64,000 nt of DNA, taken from the NCBI GenBank assembly GCA_905178155.1, contig CAJINV010000003.1, forward strand, positions 11,697,105-11,761,104. The letters run 5' to 3'. Positions 50,146 through 60,900 of this stretch are shown here, piece after piece. The DNA is from Amoebophrya sp. A120 (lineage: Eukaryota; Protista; Dinoflagellata). Each line of letters starts with the position of its first letter. The stretch's first letter is position 1. A program made the position numbers and the translations under genes. A model generated the notes under the pieces. That model was given only the letters and a program-made list of their open reading frames with translations, had not been told where the DNA came from and made no database searches.

Positions 50146-52483
50146 TCATAATTTAGATTTCTGCCTCTTGGTCCCAGTATCATTCACCACTTCGGGCATT
50201 TTCAACACAAGTTTCAAACTCCTCGGCACCGCGTTTTCCTCACCCGCAGGGTCGTCACAATTCTCTCCGAATTCCGTGATTTCGTCCCAATACTGATGGA
50301 TCTCCTTCCAGTCCACGGGCTTCTGCCGCACCTGCTCCGTCCCCAATTCCGGAAAGTACACCCCTCCACTTCTTTGAAATTTGATCTCCGCGTAGAACCC
50401 CGGCCCCGCTTCAAAAATGCGACCGGTGATTCCGTCGGAGGCGGAGCAGAGGAGGTAGGTCACGAGGGGTGCGATGTGCCCCGGGTCCGCGCCGGACGTG
50501 TAGTGCTGCAGCCCGACCGTTTTGGTCATCGCGGTGAGGGCGGTGGGAATGATCACATTAACGTGGATATTTTGCTTCTTGCCCTCCTTCGCGAGTGATT
50601 TGGAGAAGCCCAGGATCGCCGTTTTCATACCTAGAAGAAAGCAATCTTTTTCGATCCTTCGCAGAGCATGAACTCATCTTGCGCAGTTCGGGCTGCGCCT
50701 TCTGACACACGGAACTAATACTTGCAGCATTGTTATTCATCAGACAGGGATAACTTGATTTAAATTCGCATCGAGATCTGTTGACCCCTCCGAATAGAGG
50801 TGTCAGAACTCAAGGTTGGTCATCACGCTTGATAGTTTTCCGGGCTCCTGCTACCCATGAATAGACGAAAGGGACTAAAACTCAGACAGGGATAACTTGA
50901 TTTAGATTCACATCGAAGTTTGCTCGTGACAAACCTCTTTGAATAGAGGTGTCAGAACTCAAGGTTGGTCATCACGCTTGCGAGCAGCTGCTAAAGACTC
51001 TACGCCTACTGTAAAACTAAAACTCAGACAGGGATAACTTGATTTAGATTCACATCGAAGTTTGTGCTCTTGACAAACCTCTTTGAATAGAGGTGTCAGA
51101 ACTCAAGGTTGGTCATCACGCTTGCGCGAGCTGCTAAAGACTCTACGCCTACTGTAAAACTAAAACTCAGACAGGGATAACTTGATTTAGATTCACATCG
51201 AAGTTTGCTCTTGACAAACTTCTTTGAATAGAGGTGTCAGAACTCAAGATTGGTCATCATAGCGGGTGTCCCGGATCTTCTACTGTAGCATTTGGATCCT
51301 AATGCGTCACGCGCGTTTTGCATGTAGTCAGACCGTCGTAGTCTTTAGCTTTTCTGTTTTCACTCACGGTTTCCGAGAGGAAATCAGAGGATTGACAGAT
51401 TTTAGAAAAAGTTGTGTCATCATGGCAAAGGAGTCGTGCGTTCTTCATTTCGATCTTTAGAACTGGTTGGCCGAGTACACCTGTACTCGCGAACGAGCAG
51501 CATTCTTTCGCAAAATCATACGTATGTCTCAGTTTTTAGGTCTCCAACGCCTCCTTTTGGAAAGAGTCTCGGAAAAGATTAAGCCTTAGAAGGTTGTAAT
51601 CATGTTGGACTAAAGATCTCTGCAGGACTCAATTTTTTTCAATTTACCGGATCAGAAGGTACTTACCGCCGATCAGATCCGAAAGGCCGTTTGCTTCAGT
51701 GAATTTCAGGCGGCATGAGCAGTGCTTTATGATCGTTATGTTCGCCCTTCACAAGTGCAGTTAATGAAAGTGAAACAAAATAATCGAAATCGATATACTG
51801 GCATAATTCGTCTGGCCGTAGGCTCCACAGATCCCGTTCATGGAGCTGACGTTCACGATCTTGCCTCGCTTTTGCTCGAGAAACAGCGGCCAGCACTTCT
51901 TGCACAAATTTCGCACGCCGAGCAGGTGTAAATCGTAGATCTGCCTCCACTGCTCGTCGCTCTGGTTTTTGAACGCTACGTCCCGAAGGATGCGGTTTGA
52001 AGAGAAAAAAGCCGGAGTTTCTCTTGCGGAGAGTTGCCGTTTTGTTGGAAAAGTCGCGCTTCGCGCAACTTGTTGTGTTCGAGTAATCACAGTGATGTCA
52101 TGCAAAACGATTTGAATCTAAAGGCGGCAACTCCACCGCCTTTCGTCTCCACTACGTCTTTGTTCTGATACCCCAGCATTGTTCACCAATCCGGTCGGCG
52201 GCCCTCCCAGATATCGCATACAGTCTTCCACTATCTTCGCTGCGCCATCTGGTGCACCACCGCTTTCCGGTGCGATGCTGCTGGTGTTCACGCCAACTTT
52301 CGTTTTCGGACTGAGAATCCTGATCTCCGACGCCACTGCCTCGGCATTCTTCCCATTGATGTCATTTACCAGAAGTCCACCCACGCCGGCATTGGCGAGG
52401 TCCAGGCAATAGGCGCGGCCAAGACCGGCGCCCGCCCCGGTCACGATAACCCGGGCGGTGGACAGGTCGGAGGGAGGATGCAT
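50146..52483 (-). CDS. Short-chain dehydrogenase, peroxisomal MFE-2/HSD17B4 dehydrogenase-like, three exons
   Basis: VIVTGAGAGLGRAY, LVNNAG + ILRD...KIVNVSS..GICGAYGQTNYAS + MKTAILGFSKSLAKEG (YxxxK is split across intron 2). The C-terminus is SKL, a PTS1 signal. Confidence 0.92.
50740..50826 (-). ncRNA. Box C/D snoRNA copy 1 (snR38/SNORD1-like guide)
   Basis: GTGATGA (box C) ... TTCTGACACCTCTA ... AGTTATCCCTGT-CTGA (box D). Both guides are antisense to conserved LSU rRNA. Confidence 0.85.
50882..50975 (-). ncRNA. Box C/D snoRNA copy 2
   Basis: Same C box, guides and D box, with an internal stem between the putative D' and C'. Confidence 0.85.
51024..51119 (-). ncRNA. Box C/D snoRNA copy 3
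   Basis: Same boxes and guides. Tandem period 142-143 bp. Confidence 0.85.
51167..51260 (-). ncRNA. Box C/D snoRNA copy 4
   Basis: ATGATGA ... guides ... CTGA. Confidence 0.85.
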
Positions 52484-54917
52484 TTTTCTCGAAGCTGTGA
52501 CGGAAAAAGTGGCAAGCGCTGATTTTTGACGGCACACCGCAAATTAGGCAGCGGACGAGATGAGTTTGCGTGCGCTATCCTCATCATGGATTCTCTCGGA
52601 TATGCTGGCGAACTCCTACGGCGGAAGTTGCGTTCTCGATGTCCGCTGGGCGAACGAACAACAACCAACAGGCGCAGGCCAAGATGTCACTCGCCCCGCC
52701 TTCTATCTTGCAGGGACGGGACTTCGGCGTAAAGTGCCTCCGAGGAATACCTTTTCGCACACAGAAGGGGTCCTTTGCGTCCCCTTGCAGCAAGAAGCAT
52801 GCGCGGGGCCGCCAGCAACCTGGAGTCGGCCGGTAACTAACAGCAGAAACAAACGGCGCGCGACGGGCGTATTCAGTTCGGTAGCAAGAACACGGACGCG
52901 CCCAAATTGCTTCGCTCGCCGGAAGAAACACTGGCCGAAGGGGGGCGAGTCAGCCCTGCTGGCGCGGCGTCGCGCCTCCGCTCCTCGAAAGACGCTGCGC
53001 GGCGCCCGAGGCAGGGAGTCCGCCAAGCGAGCCACGTCCGCGGGCTCGGACAATTGCCCGGCGCCCGCAGGCGGCGCCAGCGCGCTGCCCGCTGGCGAAT
53101 ACCGCCCCGAGAGCGCTCCCTGTGAGAACCGCGAGGGCTGTGCTTTTGCCGTTGCCGCCGGAACCTCTGAAATGCAACAGCAGCGGGGCATAGGCGCACT
53201 GCTTCCGCAAAGGGCCAGGCACATGCTGGCGAGCCACATCGCCAGCGCGCGCGGCGAACGTCGTCGCGACCATTTCTCTGAGCCGCATTATGTCCGCACC
53301 AGGCGGGTCGCGCTTCAGCCCGTGCGGAATCCCCATACAGCACTTATTCCGCGCTTGTTGGGAAATCGAAGTCGGAACAATGGGCACGCCCGCCCCTGGC
53401 GCGGCCCGCGAGAAGCAAAAACAAAAAACGGCGCGGGTCGCTTCTCCGCGGCGTGTTGAATTCCTGCACGCTGGTCAGCGGCGAGGGCGCGACTGTTCGA
53501 CTGAAGCGCGCGCGGTTGGCTCATTCCATCGACCCCACTGTATCGCCCCTGCGCACTTTCGCGATTTCCCTGACGCGAAGCCTTTCCGTCGCCGCCTCTA
53601 TCGGCGCAACCTGTTCACCTGGCAGAGCCAATCCATCGCAAGGCCCTGCCGGAGTTTACTCCGCTGCTGCGACGGAGGGGCCGGCACGCAGTCCTCCACG
53701 GCGCCCAAATCGCGGCTACAGCACCAACGCCATTCTCCTTGCTTCGTTTCCGAGCATGGTTCTAATGATGGGCACATCTTTGCATAGGCGTGACGCATGG
53801 TGATCAGACGCCGCCTCTATTTTTCCTGCGCCCTCGTCTCAACACGCTTCACATTGTTTCTTGCAGCTCGGTCTTTTCTCGTCGCTCGGTACATTGTACT
53901 ACATTGACTGCAATTCACACCTCTCTTCGCTCCCCTGACAGAACTCGCGTGATCCAAAAGAGGAGCACCCTTCACACGGTTTACCTCGCCATGCGCACAC
54001 GCCGCCCGGAGTTTCTCAAAGTTTGAATCTGTACAGTCCATACATTTGAAAGCTCGGTGTCCGTCTGGGTTCATTTTGGATAGTACTAGAGCACAAATAT
54101 CAAAAACAGGTCCATGGTATTCTTGCATTAGGGAACAAGTCGGTAGTTTCTAGTCCGTTGTGTCTTACGTAGTTGTAAACGAGAAAGTAAAAGTTCTAGT
54201 GCGGCTTGAATAGGGCGTTTTCTTGGTGGGAACTCGAAGACGTCGCATACATTGGTAAAAGTTTGTAAAACAGAGACAATAAGGAGGAAATCCTGCACGG
54301 GAAATACTAGGTCCTCAATTTGCTAAGTAGCTTCAAATTGCGTACCTACATCGTCCTCAGGTGGGTTGTGCAGTAGCAGCACTTCCACTTCCCCCGACGA
54401 GGCTTTTGTACTCATTGAGAAATTGATTTTCAACGCATCGCCTTACTTCTAGACTGCTGCTAAAAGATTGTACAACGGGTTTAACAGCAGGCTTAGTTCT
54501 GGAAACACTTCTTGCTACTACCGCACAGGTACAGCCAATACGTAGCTCTTCCGTAGTAGATTGTGCCGAAGATGATTGTGCGCGTTACAACTGAAACGAT
54601 TCCGTTGCTCTCGGGGGAGCATGCAACAAGTAAAACCTTTATCATCTGCGATTATATTGGAAACTCTTGGAATATCTCTTGATTTAGTGTAACATCTGTC
54701 TGCTCGTACATAACAATACTGGAAATTAAGCAATTTTGATTGGAAATTCGTAACCGCGAATAATTCAATTTCAACTTTATCAGGCATTAGGCGTAAACAA
54801 TTATCTGAAGAGGACCACTTTCATTGAGAGGCCTGCGCGGTCTCGAAAACATCTGAACCACATCACCATCACATACAGAAACAACCCCACGCCGCGCTAC
54901 CTGCTCACCACGACCAC

Positions 54918-57900
54918 TCAGAAGTGTTTCTTTTTGTTCGTGCTCTTCTCGTAGCCTTTACTCTCCCGCGACCTCCGTCTCTTCCCACCGCCCTCCCCGC
55001 GCGACTCGGGTCTTAGTCGTGCCTGCAAAATCTCGAATTCCTCTCGCCGGTTCGCCTCGAAGGACTCGATGTAGGGTGTGTTCCCCGTTCCCATCAGCGA
55101 TCCGGACGTTTTCTGCGACAGCAACGCGGACTGCGATCCATCTTCCTTCTTTTTCTTCTTCTGCGCGCTTTGCTCCTGCTCACCCGGAGTAGTCCCGGCG
55201 AGCGCTCCTTCCAGCTGTTGTCCCTGGTTTACTTCCCGGTTTTGTTGGCTCTTTGAACTCGGGGGACGGAGTTTTTCTAGTTCTTCCTCTCTCTTCCGCT
55301 TTATCTCCTCCTGCTCTTCGTAGTAAACTCCGTGGTCGATGTCGAGTAAGTCCATGACGTCGCAGCCGAAGCAGTTTGCCAACGTCACGAACGTGTCCAG
55401 AATCCCGATCGGGGACAGCGTATGCACTACAAAAATGTTTGGGTCTGGAAGTCTACAAGTTTGTCTTGCTTGGCTAGCATGACTCTTAAGTCTGTCATGC
55501 ACGTTACCCAAAAGCCACAGCTTTCAGACATGCAAAAACGCAGTTTGTCATGCTGGATAGACAACACCTATCAACTCAGTAGAAATTTGTCATGCTCAGC
55601 CGTCATTTGTAGCGTCCTCATGATTCGCCCATCAGCATCACAGGTTTATTCCAGACCCAGACATATTTGCCGTTCATACAGCGTCAACCTTGACAACCCC
55701 CTCACCGGGGTGACGTCGTCCGGCTTCACCCACAGATCCGGAATCCCCGCGGACACGGGGTTCAACCCGATAATCGCCAGCTTCGCAATTTCCGCGATGT
55801 GCTTGCTCCGGCAGAGCAGTTCCACCGGATGCGCACTCGGGTCGTAGATCTGCGCGAATTTCTTCTTGTCAATCAGCAGGCTCCGCAACCGGTCGGTCAG
55901 ATACAGAATGTAAATGTACAACTCCTCCACACCCAGTCTCCCCGCCCCCAACGCGAAGATGTAGCGCGCGGTGTACTGGAAACACCGGTACAGAAACGTT
56001 CTTCTCCGCTTCAGCCGCACGACGTGCAGATAGCCCCGGTTGAACACGTGGCGGGACTTGTGGCACTTGAACACCTCCCTGGCGGATTCGGAGTAGCAGA
56101 AGGAAAGCAAGTTCGATTCCTCGTGGGTGTCGAGGGTGAGTTCGTCCTCTTCCAGCTCCTCCTCCTCGGTTGTACTAGAGGAATGCGTCGCAGTCTGTTG
56201 CTCCTCGCCGCTCGTGGCATTCAGGTTGTCGTCTCCCGAGTTGCTGTTTTGCGCCACCGCGATCGCGACCACAGCGGCGGGAAGCTCAGGCCCATCTTCT
56301 ACCTGGCCGCCTTGCTGTTTCCTGCCTGCTTCTTTTGTTGCGCCGCTTTGGGGGCGACTTGACGTTTTCTTGCCTGCTTGTTCATCTGCTTGTTCTCCCG
56401 CATTTTCTCTCTCCGCCGTGCCCGGTTTCGAATTCTCATTCAGTTGCTCCAAGCCAAAATTGTCCGGAATGTCTTCCCCATCTACCGCCTCCTTGGCCGG
56501 AAATTGACTATTGTCCTGCGCCACCACCGCGACCGTCGCGGCGTTTGGAAACAAACCTCCATTATTACCATTTCGCTCTCTTCTCATTTGCCTTTTCCGG
56601 TCCCGCATGAACCACGGCCCCTCGTCCTCCGATTCGAAAATCCGACTTCTCGCCGGGGCAGCCAACCGGTCCTGTATCCCGAGTAAAAACGTACCCACGC
56701 CAGGGTTGTAATGCAGATTTGCAAAGACAGGAAGACTTGTAATGCGGTCCCCATGAGAGCTATTTCCAATCGTGTTTTGGAATTTGTGATGCTGTGAACA
56801 GGATGAGCAGATGAATCTGTGATGCCGCTGCACTTGCTGACCTGCACTACACTGCGTAGTGCAACTTGTCATGCGTGACTCACAAAACTCCTAGGTTTGT
56901 GTTGCAAAATCACCATCCTAAGTCTGGTGTGGGTACGTTTTTACTCAGGATACCCTGGTACTCGAACTCATCCTCGCTGTCGTCGTCGGGCGGTAGACTG
57001 AACCGCACCCGGTCGACCGGATTTTCCCACCCGTCCGCCGTGTCGACGGAACTGTCGCTGTAGCAACTGCTGTCGTCCTGTAAGATCCTCCTCCTCCGGG
57101 TTTTGCTGGTGACTTGGAACAAGTTCGACTCGTCCGTCTTGTACGCGCGCTGGCACTGCGCGGCGTAAATGTCGGAGATTTCGAATTTCAGCTTCTCCAG
57201 CCGGTTATGCTCCGCCTCCATGCGCTTCGACCCCTGCAGCCGAACCTTGTCGAACCACAGGTCCTTGCCCCGTTTCTCCTCCAATTTTCGCAACGACAGG
57301 CCTCGCAAGTCTCCCTGTCGGTTCTGGTTCTCCTTCAGCTGCTTTTTCCGTTGCAGCGCCGCGGCCGACGACCCCCCGTCCCCTGGACTGTTGCCCGCGT
57401 ACCGCGCGGCTGTCTTCTGCGCGTACTCCCGCCGGTAGTCCAGGCAGTCCTGCAATTCCATTCTTAAATTCACCCGGGAGAAAAGCGGGGCAATGTCTTT
57501 CATCGCGAGAATTGGCTCGGCGGGCAGCTCGGCGGGCGTCAACCTGTACATGTACCGCTTCACGCGGAGCTGCTCGTCGGTGATGGCATCCAGGTCGTCC
57601 TCGTCCCCTCCGTTCCCACCACCGCCGAACGCCACCAGCGCGCCCTCCGCGCCGCTCGCATTGCGGCTCGCGTTGGCGGAGGAAGAGCTCGTGTGGCCGC
57701 GGGGTTTCGGGAAGACGGGGTCGATGAAGTTCCCCTGGCTAGTTACTTCGTAGAAATTCTGTTTGTCGAACCGAAACCGGCCGACCAGGCCGCACACCCC
57801 GTTCCAGTTTGTGTCGGGAACCACCAGGGAGCCCGGAGCGTTGTCGTTCTTTGGCTTATTATTCGCTGACGCGGAAGATGTACCACCACCTCCTGCAGCA

Positions 57901-60900
57901 TTTCCGCCAGGAGCAGGTGAGGACCCACTAGTTGTACCGGCGACGACAGACACGGTTTTCTTTTCCCGCTCCGGGGAGTTCGGTGGTGGCTCGTCCCCCT
58001 GTGTCAAAAACGTTTTGTTCGGCGAGTTCTTGTTCGGAGATGTTGGTGGTGGTCTATTCATCTGGGAGCTGTCCTGGATCGCAGCCGAAGCAGCGCCCGC
58101 CGCGAAACCGCTGTTGTTCCCCAACATCTTCATAGCCCCCACTCTTGGCACTGGCAGCGGCGCGGAGCCGAAGAACGCTAACGCAGCTTCCTCTCCCTTC
58201 TCGTGGACCCACCAATCGAGGAATTCCTTGCCGTACCGGCCGGCTAAAAAAGGTAAGAGCGAAATTCCGTTGTGGACCCAAAACACGTCCGGCGCGCCGA
58301 TGGTCTTCATCATGTGCTCGTGGGTGCTGGAGGCCCACACCTGCAACTCGTGCTCGCCCTTCAATTTCTCCTGCTTCGAGCCCCCACCGCCCTGTTGCTC
58401 GTTGTTGCCGTCGTCGTCGTCATCCATGACCGCCATGCCCGCGGGACGTAAGGGTGCGCCCTTTACCGTCACCGTCATGAAGAGCAGGTTCGAGTACGAG
58501 TCGTGCACCTCATCCGAGCTGTTCCTCGTGTGCAACCCCCGCGGCGTCCACTGCTCGTCTTCGCGCTTCACCTTCTCCCTCACTAATCCGGCGACCTTCT
58601 CCGTGTTGGACAAAAATTTCTTCCGGTTTTGCTTCACCCGCGCCTGCTGCATCTTCGCGTTCTCCAGGCCGGACTGCTCGGAAAAGCTGCTCGACTGCAA
58701 GTCCCCGAACCGGTTCGGCTTCTTCGCCTCCGCGGCGACCTGTCCCAGTTGCGCCGCCTGCGCTTGGACCATCGCGCGGTAGCGCCCAAAAACCTCCGCC
58801 TGCCGCAGCATCCAGGTTTTTTCCAACGGTTTCTTCCACTTGCACGGCCCGTTGCTCACAAACGTGTAGTCGTACCGTTCCGGTCTCGCGGGCCGCCGGT
58901 GCAACCGGTTCCAGATCACCGTGATTCGCGGGGCGAGCAGGAGTTGTTCCTCCTCCTCTTCCGCAGAGGAAACTCCCCCACTCATCTGCGCAGCCCGTTG
59001 ACCACCCGCTGTGTTGACCGCAACGATCGCGCTCTTCTCCGTCCCCGTTTGCTCCCCGCTGCTCTCGTTCGCGGAGAAGTATCGCACAGAAAAAAGGTGA
59101 CTATACAGGACACATCTGTTGTATATGCAAACGCAAACACACAGAAAACTGTCATGCACGTGCCCATAGCTTGCTATTTGCAATGGGGTATGTAGTTGTT
59201 TTCATCTTGATTTTGCAGTACAAACACTAGTATGGTGCTATGCTACCTCTATTCTGCGAGATATGGAGCTACTGCTGCTGCTCTCTTCCGGCTCGGGCTC
59301 GACGTAGCGGTAATCATCGCCGAAAAGCAATAACTTCCGCTCGTTTCCCCAAGCCGGTTTTTGCGTCCAAGCGAAGTCCCGGCCCCCTCCGAACACCGGT
59401 TCTTTGGGGGGTTTTTTACTCCTCCGTTTCGCCGCTTTGCTGTCGTCCTGCTCGTAAAACTTCAACTCCCGTTGCCGCCTCTTCTGACTCTGCCGGGTCT
59501 GCAGCACCAGCCCGGTGTCTGCGCGCGGCCACCGCAGATCGGGAACTTCTTCCGGGAGGACCAACGCTTCCGTCACGTCGTCCTCGTCGGACAAGTCCCG
59601 GTGGTCCGTGGGGAGCAGGTGCAACAAAAAGTTTTTCCCCTTGCCCTCTAAAGGCATGTCCCGGCGGAACTTCACACCTTCGAGGTTCTCTCTTCCGAGC
59701 TTCTTTTCCGACCGGGAGTAGGTTTTTACCCTCTTCGCCGGGTTGAAAGCGACGACGTTCTGCGCCTGCATTTTCCGCAAGGTCGCCGCGTCCTCCTGCA
59801 TAAGAATGGACTCCACGGTGGAGAGTTCGGGGACCGCGTTGGCGTGCATGAGGAAATCACTCCTGTTCGACTTGCTGCTCTGTTTCGTGTCCGGCCGGTC
59901 GGTCTTTTGTGATTCCGGTCGGCTGGACTGGGAGGTTTTCAGCTCTTTGTCTTTCTTCTTCTTGTTAACATCCTTGTCCTTCGCGGGGGAGGGAGACTGA
60001 GACTGCTGTCCCAGCGCGAGGCGCGCGGTCGTGCCCGGGGAGGTCTGCCTTGCTGCGGGGAGCAGGTCCTCAATCTGGATGGAAACGAGGCCCTGGAGGG
60101 AGAGGAGATTTTCATTTTTTGGAAAAATATATATAAAGCAGGGGTTTGGTGGGGTCGCAGGGGTTATTTTTGTCTAGCGCCGGAAGAGCAGAACCGCGGG
60201 AGCCAAAGCCCTCATGTCGAAGGCTGCGCGGTTTGGCCAATTTGGTATCCTACCCCGATTCCCCTAATTTCATACCCTCACCCGATTCGCCTTCTTTTGT
60301 ACCCTACCCCGATTTGGCTAATTTTGTACCCTCCCCGAATTTTGTACCCTATCCCGATCTCCCTAATTTTGTGCCCTAGCCCGATTTGGCAAATTCAGTA
60401 CCCTCGCCGAATTGTGTACCCCATCCCGATTTGCCTAATTTTGTACCCTAGCCCGATTTGGCAAATTCTGCACCCTCCTCGAGTTTTATACCCTACCCCG
60501 GGCAATTTTGTAAGTGTGTGCCCTGCCCCGAAAGGCCTCCGCTTGCGCCCCCGGGAAACACGGAAACCGGGAAACGCGGAAACCGGGAAACGCGGAAACC
60601 GGGAAACACGGAAACCGGGAAACACGGAAACCGGGAAACACGGAAACCGGGAAACACGGAACCCGGGAAACACGGAACCCGGGAAACACGGAACCCGGGA
60701 AACACGGAACCCGGNNNNNNNNNNNNNNNNNNNNNNNNNNNNNNNNNNNNNNNNNNNNNNNNNNNNNNNNNNNNNNNNNNNNNNNNNNNNNNNNNNNNNN
60801 NNNNNNNNNNNNNNNNNNNNNNNNNNNNNNNNNNNNNNNNNNNNNNNNNNNNNNNNNNNNNNNNNNNNNNNNNNNNNNNNNNNNNNNNNNNNNNNNNNNN

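Noticed and set aside
50741-51260. Plain satellite or rRNA fragment
   Set aside because: The rRNA matches are two 12-14-nt blocks in a C/D-box framework, which snoRNA guides explain better
52560-53803. Plus-strand 299-aa ORF as a gene
   Set aside because: GC-rich with overlapping ORFs in several frames and no recognisable domain, and it opposes the locus polarity
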